A stretch of 64,000 bases of DNA, taken from the NCBI GenBank assembly GCA_963835065.1, contig CAWIEK010000044.1, positions 64,001 to 128,000 of the forward strand, given 5' to 3'. Source of the DNA: an uncultured Chthonomonadaceae bacterium (GTDB lineage Bacteria > Armatimonadota > Chthonomonadetes > Chthonomonadales > Chthonomonadaceae). Each line of letters starts with the position of its first letter. The first letter of the stretch is position 1. Position numbers and translations under genes: made by a program. Positions 19,633 through 27,602 of the stretch are shown here, in pieces. Under the pieces are notes generated by a model. That model ran no database searches and had not been told where the DNA came from. It saw only the letters and a program-made list of their open reading frames with translations.

Positions 19633-21278
19633 CGCGCAATCTCCGCAAGGATTCGATACCAGCCCAGGGAAAAGTTTTGTTCCAGGCAGGAAGCCGCGTG
19701 GTGCGCCATGTCTTTGAGCAGATAATCCGGCAGCGCAATTGTCGGCTTGACCGGCAGCGTCAGGCGCATGACCGGCGAAATCGGCAGGGAGGGGGCGGCT
19801 TCCTCCGGCGCATTCGCGCCTTCGGTGGGAAGCGGCGGCAGAAACGCGGGCTGATAGGAGAGAAACGGTTCTGCCATGCGCGAAGGCCAAAGATAACTGT
19901 CCCATAGCGTCGGTTCCTGTACGCGCGCATTCACGCCTTCCAGCCGGAACTGCGCGCGGCTGATGTCGAAGCAGCGATGGCAGTCCGGGAGATGCCGTAA
20001 AAATTCCTGCAATTCCCCGAACGTCAGCATCCGGGAGCGCAGGAAAATCCACTGCCACCAGAAGCGGCAGGCGTCGCCCGTCGGGTCGCTGAAATCCAGC
20101 GTCAGCCCGCCGACGGGAAACAGGCTGATGTCAAATTTCGAAGGCGCTGCCTCGCGCTGATTGTCCGGGTCGCTGACAATTTCGCGGCGTTCGCGGCGCG
20201 CGGCGGGTTCTGACGCCTCAAATTCGGCAGGTTCAATCGTGCCCCGGCTGCCGTAATAAACGCGCGCTTCCTGGGCCTGATTGCCACACGCCACGCGCGT
20301 TTTGTTGCCCTCATGGCGCAGCGGCGCGGCCTCCCAGGTGTCCCCGCTCACGCCCGCCGCCGCGAAAACGCCCTTCAAATCATCGAAGATAATCTCGATT
20401 TTACCCATTACCAGGTCGCGGCGCGTCGGCTGCCAGTCCATCTTCATTTGCGCCGCGACAACGGGATTGAGCAGCAGCCAATCGTCGCCCTCCGCGAGCC
20501 GCTTGCGCAAACCCGCGCCAATCTCATCCTCCATCGTGACCGACAACGCGATCTGCGTGGCTTCCCCCCGGCTTCCCCCTGTCTGCCCGTATGTGGGCAG
20601 CGCAGCAAAAGGAGACGGACTCGAACCGGACGGGCTTGCGAAACCTGTGGAAAAACGGAGATGCAGGATTTTGCGGGAATAGGGATAAAAGGGCGGCAGC
20701 CAGGTTTCCAGCGCGGGCGTGGTGGGCGCGGACAATCGCAGCGACTGCTCCAGTTCGCAATACCCTACGTACCGCTCCACCTGCACCGAACAGGGGCGTC
20801 CATCAATCTGCGCGCGCCACGTCGCTTCCGCCAGGCTCGCAACCGCTTCTTCTTCGGCGGCAATGCAGACCAGCATCCCCATTTCCGGGTCGGTTAAATC
20901 GGGTTCCTCCGTTCCGGGGATATGGCGCAACGTCCAGAAGCAGGAGTTTTCGCTGACGCGGCAGTTCTGCGTGAAAATCGGACGAATCCAGCCTTCACCG
21001 CATGGCGTCCAGGGCTCCCGATGTTCGTCAAACGCCACATCGCGCCGACGAATCAGGGGCGTGGCGGCGGGACTGGTTTGCGATGACGTGATCTGCTGCC
21101 AGGCGGGGCTTTGCGGCAGCAGCAATCCCTGCATGGGAAACTGCCAGACGCCCTGCGGCAAAATCTGCGCCGAAATCTGCCCCGCCACATGTCGGTGCGC
21201 CTGTTCCAGCCGCTTCGCCAGAAGTTCGTTCCACTTGTCGAGAAAATTTTCAAAAGGCCGGCTATAGGTGTCTGTCAT
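19629..21278 (-). CDS. TssF-like baseplate protein
   Basis: 549 aa; N-terminal helix then ILPQ...PMQGLL; LLNPVVAAQ; SRMLTFGELQEFL near the C-terminus; synteny. Confidence 0.55.
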   Translation of the reverse strand: MTDTYSRPFENFLDKWNELLAKRLEQAHRHVAGQISAQILPQGVWQFPMQGLLLPQSPAWQQITSSQTSPAATPLIRRRDVAFDEHREPWTPCGEGWIRPIFTQNCRVSENSCFWTLRHIPGTEEPDLTDPEMGMLVCIAAEEEAVASLAEATWRAQIDGRPCSVQVERYVGYCELEQSLRLSAPTTPALETWLPPFYPYSRKILHLRFSTGFASPSGSSPSPFAALPTYGQTGGSRGEATQIALSVTMEDEIGAGLRKRLAEGDDWLLLNPVVAAQMKMDWQPTRRDLVMGKIEIIFDDLKGVFAAAGVSGDTWEAAPLRHEGNKTRVACGNQAQEARVYYGSRGTIEPAEFEASEPAARRERREIVSDPDNQREAAPSKFDISLFPVGGLTLDFSDPTGDACRFWWQWIFLRSRMLTFGELQEFLRHLPDCHRCFDISRAQFRLEGVNARVQEPTLWDSYLWPSRMAEPFLSYQPAFLPPLPTEGANAPEEAAPSLPISPVMRLTLPVKPTIALPDYLLKDMAHHAASCLEQNFSLGWYRILAEIAR

Positions 21279-21321
21279 ACTCTGCCAGGTTACTCTGCGG
21301 GCTTGCTCAGTTCAGGAAGCC

Positions 21322-21747
21322 TTAGCCTAAAATATCGTTCTGAATGTATTGCAGCAGTCTATGGATTGTTCGCGCTTCAAGAGTACTCCGTGTTTTTGCT
21401 AAAGCAGCTAGGCGTGTTCTATGTCCCTGATCAAGCGCGCCGGCAACCTGCTGGCGATCCAAATCCCGTAACCCGTCAGCAACCGTGACCAACAACTCAC
21501 CATCTGCTGCGTCCAGCATCTGTATCATCAGAGGAAGCGCATATCGCAACTCTCCATGAGGAAGGATTTGAGCGAGATAGCGCTGCCATTGTAGAGGTTT
21601 TTGGCGCCAAATCCTGTTTAGCGCGTCCCAATCGTCAGATGTCAACGGCCCTATAAGCGTGTGAGCATAAAGGATAACATCATCTGACCAGTAATCCACA
21701 GAGTAGTCCTGACTGAGACAGTCATCAAGCATAGCTAGTGTACTCAT
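21322..21747 (-). CDS. Putative immunity protein for the EndoU toxin
   Basis: 141-aa helical ORF immediately downstream of the toxin C-terminus; lower GC. Confidence 0.7.
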   Translation of the reverse strand: MSTLAMLDDCLSQDYSVDYWSDDVILYAHTLIGPLTSDDWDALNRIWRQKPLQWQRYLAQILPHGELRYALPLMIQMLDAADGELLVTVADGLRDLDRQQVAGALDQGHRTRLAALAKTRSTLEARTIHRLLQYIQNDILG

Positions 21748-21756
21748 AATAATCCT

Positions 21757-22950
21757 TTACCATTGGGACGGGTTTCCACCTGTCGGGTAGGAAGAGGTAA
21801 TATTACCTTGCGCATCTTTAATCACTTCCCATTGAACGCCATCCACAGTTTGCCTGTGCAGGGTGGCGCCATCCCTGACACGCGATGCGACTTCCGGGGT
21901 GTCTGCTACCTTTCCAGTCGTATCAAGTATCTTCTGATCAGTCCAGTCATCAGGCGCTAAAGTGGACTGTTTGATTTTAGAAAGATTTCCGTCTGGAAAT
22001 TGAGTTACAAACTTGACTTTTGAAGTGCCGTCAGGATAGGTTTCAAGAACCTCATGGTCGAAATTGGGCGATGTTTTGATTTGAGGAGAATGCCCTCCAA
22101 TAACTTCGTTGGACATTCCTCCTGGTGAATTAGCATTTGGCACTCGTTGACTGTAAAGAATCTTCTGCTCCATTTCAGGAGTAAGTCTCTGGCTTGCAGG
22201 AACTTCGACTTCACCCGGAACGAACTTTCCCGCAAGCCCACTGCCGAGCGCAGCACCCGCAAAGCCACCTGCAAAGGTTAGAACTTTCTGACCGGTAGAC
22301 CCCTCTCCGAAAATCTTGCCGCCTGCCCAATGCCCGCCCATACCGCCGCCGATGCCGCCCAAAAACCCGCCGCCCAGCCTGGCGGCGATAGCAGCCATGC
22401 CTAATCCCCTGGCGGTCATTGCCAGGCCACCGCCGGCCAATCCCAACACCAGCAAGGCTGCCTCAGCCTGCCAGGGAACTTCGCTATGGATGTCCGCGCA
22501 GGTATGTACCGGGCCGCCAATCAAAACGGTGGAACACCCTTGCGCGATGACAAAGCCGCATACGCCCTTATCTGTTTTACGCGCCGCGTGCAAGCCTTCA
22601 ATCAAGACGGTTTCGCTGCCCTGCGCGACCAGAGACACTTTATGGGCGACGCAAGCAACCTTACTGCCACATGCAATGGCCGCCTGCCGTCCGTCGCCTC
22701 CAATGTAAACTGTGGCTGCTCCCGTGATGATAGGGCCACTGTCGGCAGGGATCATGGAGCCAACAACTTCGCCTATCATCCCTCCCAGAGACGCTCCCGT
22801 ACACGCCGCGCCCGCAATCGCCAGCGCCGCCGCGCCGCCGGTCGCAATGATTGCCGCGCCAATCACTGCGCCCGCAAGCGCGCCCACTATCAACCCCGCG
22901 AATGCAGAGGAATGTGAAACCTGATCTCCTATTCGCGCGGCTTCCGGCAT
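21757..22950 (-). CDS. prePAAR-TMD-PAAR effector with C-terminal EndoU-like nuclease toxin
   Basis: AARIGDQVSH prePAAR motif, Gly/Ala TM segments, PAAR (TVLIEGLHAARKTD); CT with IGGHSP, K.STLAPDDW.D and terminal ITSSYPT. Confidence 0.85.
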   Translation of the reverse strand: MPEAARIGDQVSHSSAFAGLIVGALAGAVIGAAIIATGGAAALAIAGAACTGASLGGMIGEVVGSMIPADSGPIITGAATVYIGGDGRQAAIACGSKVACVAHKVSLVAQGSETVLIEGLHAARKTDKGVCGFVIAQGCSTVLIGGPVHTCADIHSEVPWQAEAALLVLGLAGGGLAMTARGLGMAAIAARLGGGFLGGIGGGMGGHWAGGKIFGEGSTGQKVLTFAGGFAGAALGSGLAGKFVPGEVEVPASQRLTPEMEQKILYSQRVPNANSPGGMSNEVIGGHSPQIKTSPNFDHEVLETYPDGTSKVKFVTQFPDGNLSKIKQSTLAPDDWTDQKILDTTGKVADTPEVASRVRDGATLHRQTVDGVQWEVIKDAQGNITSSYPTGGNPSQW

Positions 22951-22968
22951 AATCAACAGTCCCCAGGT

Positions 22969-23391
22969 TCAGCGCAGCAGGCTGAAACTCTCAACCAGCG
23001 ATGCAAGCTGCTTTTCGTAGCGGTCGAAATTTACTTCTAAAGCGGTGGCCGTCAGCGTCAAAGCGAGCTGATTGGAATAGAAATAGTATTGATGCTGACG
23101 CATCATACCGTTCTCGGAACGCCAGGTAAAATTGGCTCGGATCGTGTGCCTGCCCCCAATAGCGGCAGGGCGCTGCTCAAGCAGAAGAAACCCGTTCAGA
23201 TTTGCCTCTAAGACTTTCAATTGCCTGGCTGCGTAACTGTTCACATCTTCGTCGGCTCTGGCGTCTTCTCGATTCATCACGACATTGAACTCGCCCGGAC
23301 TGGCTCCCGCATTGGTAAAGATGTGAACAGACAGGTCTTTCCACCCTTCGGGCAGGAAGAAGGATCCCTCATTGAACTTGTATAAAGGCAT
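22969..23391 (-). CDS. DUF1795/DcrB-like (Eag) effector chaperone
   Basis: YKFNEGSFFLPEGWKDLSVHIF N-terminus typical of DcrB/Eag; directly upstream of the prePAAR effector. Confidence 0.85.
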   Translation of the reverse strand: MPLYKFNEGSFFLPEGWKDLSVHIFTNAGASPGEFNVVMNREDARADEDVNSYAARQLKVLEANLNGFLLLEQRPAAIGGRHTIRANFTWRSENGMMRQHQYYFYSNQLALTLTATALEVNFDRYEKQLASLVESFSLLR

Positions 23392-23519
23392 ATACGCTTC
23401 CCTCATTATCCCAAGACCGGAAGATAGTTGTTTTAGAGACGGTTTCGCCCGCCTGCGGGGCCGCAGCAGCACTTGCCGGTGGCATTGCGGCGACCCGCTT
23501 ACTTTTGGATTGCTGATTC

Positions 23520-24332
23520 TTACGGATGGTGAGACTGTACAGGCAGATCACCCGGCAGGATAGGCCGACTAAGCTCGCCGGTATATTTCAGCACTTGCAG
23601 GCCCGTACCCGGAACGGGTACAGAAGAGCGCAGCAGTTCTATATCTTTGTCTGACAGTCGGGTCTTTACGGCTGCTGCATTTAAATCCAGCGCCGTTGAG
23701 CCGAGGAAAGCTGAAGGTGTCGCTGTCACATCGGGCCGCGCGGTGACATATTGAACGATTAGCTCGATCTGCTTCGCCTGGACAGGCGCCATAGGGATGG
23801 TATCATTTCTGAAGAAATAGGCGCTGTGTTCTGAAACAGGAACAGGAACCTCAATATCCAACTGCAGATCAGAATGTGCCTTAAGGCGGGTGGCACAGGG
23901 CCGATTGGAGTAGGTAACCAGCCTTTTGGGGAGTGGAGACGCGCCTAATAACAGGCGTAATGTCCCATCTTGAAAGAAGCAGTAGACGTGTTCCGGGTCA
24001 AGAACGGGATGATTATTTTTGGCCTCCAACCGCCACAGACGGTTTAGCACATAAATGTCTTCATTGCCAGAGTTCGTTATGTGTATGCCGACACGCAAAA
24101 TAGAGGCGCTGGTCACTGTGAAATTTGTTTTCATATGAACCGAACCCCGCGTAGAAGTTGGGTCGGAACTTGGCGTTCCGCTGCCAAGCGGCACATTTTG
24201 GCCGACAGTGTTCATGCTTTTGCTCCTTATTTTGTTTTTATCGTCTTTGGCGAGACTACGACAGGCAAGATTGCAGCCTAAGGCTGCAATCAACATTATA
24301 CATCGCCAGCGCTTTTTATATTGTGTTTGCAC
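23520..24332 (-). CDS. Putative lipoprotein, candidate immunity protein to the VgrG-fused peptidase
   Basis: GTG start just after the vgrG stop gives basic n-region KKRWR, a hydrophobic stretch and a Cys lipobox (ALGC/NLAC). Confidence 0.55.
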   Translation of the reverse strand: MQTQYKKRWRCIMLIAALGCNLACRSLAKDDKNKIRSKSMNTVGQNVPLGSGTPSSDPTSTRGSVHMKTNFTVTSASILRVGIHITNSGNEDIYVLNRLWRLEAKNNHPVLDPEHVYCFFQDGTLRLLLGASPLPKRLVTYSNRPCATRLKAHSDLQLDIEVPVPVSEHSAYFFRNDTIPMAPVQAKQIELIVQYVTARPDVTATPSAFLGSTALDLNAAAVKTRLSDKDIELLRSSVPVPGTGLQVLKYTGELSRPILPGDLPVQSHHP

Positions 24333-24339
24333 ACTACAT

Positions 24340-26772
24340 TTAAGGCTGCGACGGAGGCGTGTTGGGAACAAAAGCATTGTCAGCATCAGAATGATTTACC
24401 CTGTGGTATGGATAGCCTATGTCGCGCAGATAATCTGCTTCCGAAGGCGTTCCTGTTGAAATTGTAGTTTTTTCTTCCAGTGTGTCGAAGACCGGGTCCG
24501 GCGCGCAGTCGCCAATGCCGTTCATCTGATGCGCGCCATGTGTCATTTCGTGAAACAAAATGGCATCATTAGGAACCGGATGTGCCGGATCAAGGGAGTT
24601 TGTAAGCGTTAGATCCGGCAGAAGCCTTACAGTGGTATCAGCCCCCGTTCCAGTACCAATGCGCTGTGTTACGCCATCAGCCTCCATAACGGGTGCCCCG
24701 GAGCCGTAGAATACAGGTTTACCTACAGCCGTAGACGCTTGCCATTCATCATCGGTATCCGGGCCGCAATCGCTGTTTGGTCCGTTTGGATCGTTAGCTG
24801 GATACTCGGTAATCTTCATGTTGTGTCCGCTCTCATCAATGCTGTTGAGGGTCTGCATACCGGAATCGGTAGTGGCAATTTTGTCAAGCCGATCCAATGC
24901 CTGCGCCTGGAAAGCGGGCGTACCGTGAATGGTAATAGCCCTGCCTACTTTGGTGTCCCCGTTGGGCAGCTTCGTAACGGCCATTCCTCCAACAGTACGC
25001 GTTGCCGCAGTGCCCGTTCCCGCGCCTCCTGCTGGCCCTGCTCCCACGCCTAAACTCGTGTCCAGGTGCAGGGGTGACATGGAGGTGGGTCCACAGTTGA
25101 TCATAACGAGCGGCGTTCCGTCTATCTTGACAGTTCCCTTTGTCGCCTTCATCTGGATCGTGCCCGCTTCCAGCATCAACTGGTTGTCGGCGTGCATGTA
25201 GATGCTGCCCGAACAGAAGATGTCAAGCTGCGCGGGGCCACTCCCCTTCTCGAAGTGAATACGATCACTCCCCGAACTTGTCAGGTCCATCACCACTGTC
25301 TCTTTGCCGCCCTCGATCTCGCCCCGAAAGATCAACTTGTCCTTACAGCGTATCTCTACAATGTCGGTGGCGCCTTTGTCTTTCGTCGTCATGCTCACCA
25401 GATTACCCGAAGGTGTCCGCCACAACTTGGTTTCATCCGGCGCATACACAAACCCCTGCGCCGCATGTTCACGCACCGACCCGATCACGACTGCATCGCT
25501 GTCCCAACCATCTAAGAACTGCACAAGCACATGCTCGCCCACTTCCGGCAGCGACAGAAAGCCCGACGTGCCGGTCTTGCCCTTCAACCCGCCATATGGT
25601 GTGACGGTTTGCAGCCAGCACAAGCGCGTAAACGGCGTCGCTTCCAGCGGCTCCCAATCGAACTCCACCTGAATACGCCCGCTCTTGGTCGGATCGTCGC
25701 TATTGTTCTTGGTCACATGCGCCCACAGGCACTGCATCGGCCAGTTGGTGCGCCGCAAGCGGGGAAGCAGGGGCATCAGTTTGTCTAAGAGCGCGAACTC
25801 CTGCGACACGGCTTCGCTGCCATGTCCTTGTATGGTCACGTCGCGCACCAGCCAGGGTTGTTCGGCAAAGTTGACCAACGCGCCAGGCGCAAAGGCGTAC
25901 ACGCCTCCCATCCAGCGCGCCCGGCACACAACCGTGTTCACATCCAGGTTGGTCGCATCCTCTAACTTCTGTTCCTGCTGGTACTGCGCATGATGGGGCG
26001 CGTCCGCTTTCGGTTCGTACAGGTGCCCCGGCGCGCGCGTCAAACCCGCGTTGAACTCCAGCACCTTAGAACGCGCAATACCCGGCGACGCGCTGCCGGT
26101 GCCCTGCGCGGTTGTTTGTATGGGAACCAGGCCCGCTTCCAGACTGGTCGTATTCCAGTGCCTATCCGCGCTCGGAAACTCGTCGCCTGCCGGAACGCTC
26201 GGTTTGCCGATCAGCACTTTGCGGTTGAGGTCGTCAACGGCTAGGGGAATGCCCCACGCATGCAGCATCCGGCACAAGTAAGCAAAATCGGTTTCTTCGT
26301 ACTGGACGCTGAGGGGTATCTTTACGCTTCCTGTTGCGCTCGCCCCGCCTTCGCCGAAGTCAAGTTCTCCCTTGTTCTTGCCGATGAGGTAATCGCACAC
26401 ATCTTTGAGCGTACAGCTTTCCCACACGCGGAAGTTGCGGATTTGATCCAGGCGCGCGCTGTAGGACACGCACTCGAAGTGGAAGTAGGCGCGGTGTTCC
26501 AGCCGTTCGGCGCGCACGGAGCGCACATAGCCCCGGAAGCAGTCCACCGTTTCGCTGTCATCCTTAGAATGCCAGCGCAGCAGCACATCGGCGTTGAGGG
26601 TTTTTGCGCCTTTTTCGGCAAGAGCGGCGTAGGTATCGGCTTCCTGATCGTCGGTTCCGAGCGTACAATGGGCCGTGCCGTGCGTGTACAGGCGGCGGAC
26701 GATGGACACATCGGCCAGTTCCGTTTTGGCGATCAGCCCGTTGATTACACCCGACACGATCTCGAACGACAT
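24340..26772 (-). CDS. vgrG: VgrG spike with C-terminal M91-like zinc metallopeptidase (evolved VgrG)
   Basis: VQYEETDFAYLCRM, DDPTKSGRIQVEFDW, LPEVGEHVLVQF; C-terminal LFHEMTHGAH (HExxH) and EEKTTI. Confidence 0.9.
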   Translation of the reverse strand: MSFEIVSGVINGLIAKTELADVSIVRRLYTHGTAHCTLGTDDQEADTYAALAEKGAKTLNADVLLRWHSKDDSETVDCFRGYVRSVRAERLEHRAYFHFECVSYSARLDQIRNFRVWESCTLKDVCDYLIGKNKGELDFGEGGASATGSVKIPLSVQYEETDFAYLCRMLHAWGIPLAVDDLNRKVLIGKPSVPAGDEFPSADRHWNTTSLEAGLVPIQTTAQGTGSASPGIARSKVLEFNAGLTRAPGHLYEPKADAPHHAQYQQEQKLEDATNLDVNTVVCRARWMGGVYAFAPGALVNFAEQPWLVRDVTIQGHGSEAVSQEFALLDKLMPLLPRLRRTNWPMQCLWAHVTKNNSDDPTKSGRIQVEFDWEPLEATPFTRLCWLQTVTPYGGLKGKTGTSGFLSLPEVGEHVLVQFLDGWDSDAVVIGSVREHAAQGFVYAPDETKLWRTPSGNLVSMTTKDKGATDIVEIRCKDKLIFRGEIEGGKETVVMDLTSSGSDRIHFEKGSGPAQLDIFCSGSIYMHADNQLMLEAGTIQMKATKGTVKIDGTPLVMINCGPTSMSPLHLDTSLGVGAGPAGGAGTGTAATRTVGGMAVTKLPNGDTKVGRAITIHGTPAFQAQALDRLDKIATTDSGMQTLNSIDESGHNMKITEYPANDPNGPNSDCGPDTDDEWQASTAVGKPVFYGSGAPVMEADGVTQRIGTGTGADTTVRLLPDLTLTNSLDPAHPVPNDAILFHEMTHGAHQMNGIGDCAPDPVFDTLEEKTTISTGTPSEADYLRDIGYPYHRVNHSDADNAFVPNTPPSQP

Positions 26773-26854
26773 CTAAAGATACTCCACGAATGTCGCGCCA
26801 GGGCGACATCTCACGACAAGATATTACAAACAAGGCCGGCTTTGAAAAAAGATA

Positions 26855-26903
26855 CGGACAGGATGCGCAGGCATCTTCAAGAAGCGCCTGCGCATCCTGT
26901 CCG
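26855..26903 (-). terminator. 18-bp perfect hairpin followed by a U-tract on the - strand, after the tube gene
   Basis: cggacaggatgcgcaggc / gcctgcgcatcctgtccg, with aaaaaa at about 26845-26850. Confidence 0.75.
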
Positions 26904-26910
26904 GCGCGGT

Positions 26911-27345
26911 TTAGTTTTCGGCTGCCGTGCCGGCCGAGACGTCAATGAGGTTCTTGCTATCGTAGTTGACGGTTCCGGGCAACGCGGCCATAATGTTGAC
27001 CGTGATGGTGGAACCTGTCAGCTGCAAGTCCGTGCCGACGCCGCCTGCCGTGACATCCGATCCCCATTCGTTTTCCGCATAGCTGCTGACCCAGGCGTGA
27101 GGAATTATCCAGTTGTGCTGCGGCTTCTCATCGCGGCTTTCCGTGCTCAATTCCACTTTCTTGAAGCGGTCCGGGCCGGCTTTGGCCTTTACCCAGTCGG
27201 CGAGCAGCGTGTCTTCAGTCAGCCGCACAATGACTACCATCCCGGCGATGGGCACTTTGAGCGGTTCGCGGCTGTCGCCATGTCCAATGTTCACGGTTGC
27301 GCGCAGCACCTGCTGAATCTCGGTGCCATTGATTTTCAGTTTCAA
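26911..27345 (-). CDS. Hcp/TssD-like tube protein
   Basis: 144 aa between sheath and vgrG; AAGGAG RBS before TTG; TEDTLLADW and AWVSSYAEN recall T6SS-iii TssD. Confidence 0.65.
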   Translation of the reverse strand: MKLKINGTEIQQVLRATVNIGHGDSREPLKVPIAGMVVIVRLTEDTLLADWVKAKAGPDRFKKVELSTESRDEKPQHNWIIPHAWVSSYAENEWGSDVTAGGVGTDLQLTGSTITVNIMAALPGTVNYDSKNLIDVSAGTAAEN

Positions 27346-27602
27346 CGTTTTACTCCTTGTCAGTTGCAAACTTCGAGTTCAAAACTAGTTCCAGGACGAT
27401 TTTGAAAAGGCGCTTGCCGGGATGCGGCAGGGCATTTCCCTTTGCGCATGTAGAGCGTTCGCCTTTGCGCATGAAAATGTCGAAGTGTCCGCTCCTGGAA
27501 TACCGAACACCGGAACGCCGGCATCTTCATACAATGTCACCAGTCCCTAGTGGCTAATCAATAGTGGCTGGCCGAAAAATGGTTTGTCGCTAACGTCGTT
27601 GT

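Noticed and set aside
19633..20058. N-terminal 142 aa of the 700-aa ORF
   Set aside because: Overlaps the TssF-like gene in another frame; the ATGA-coupled start at 19632 is more plausible
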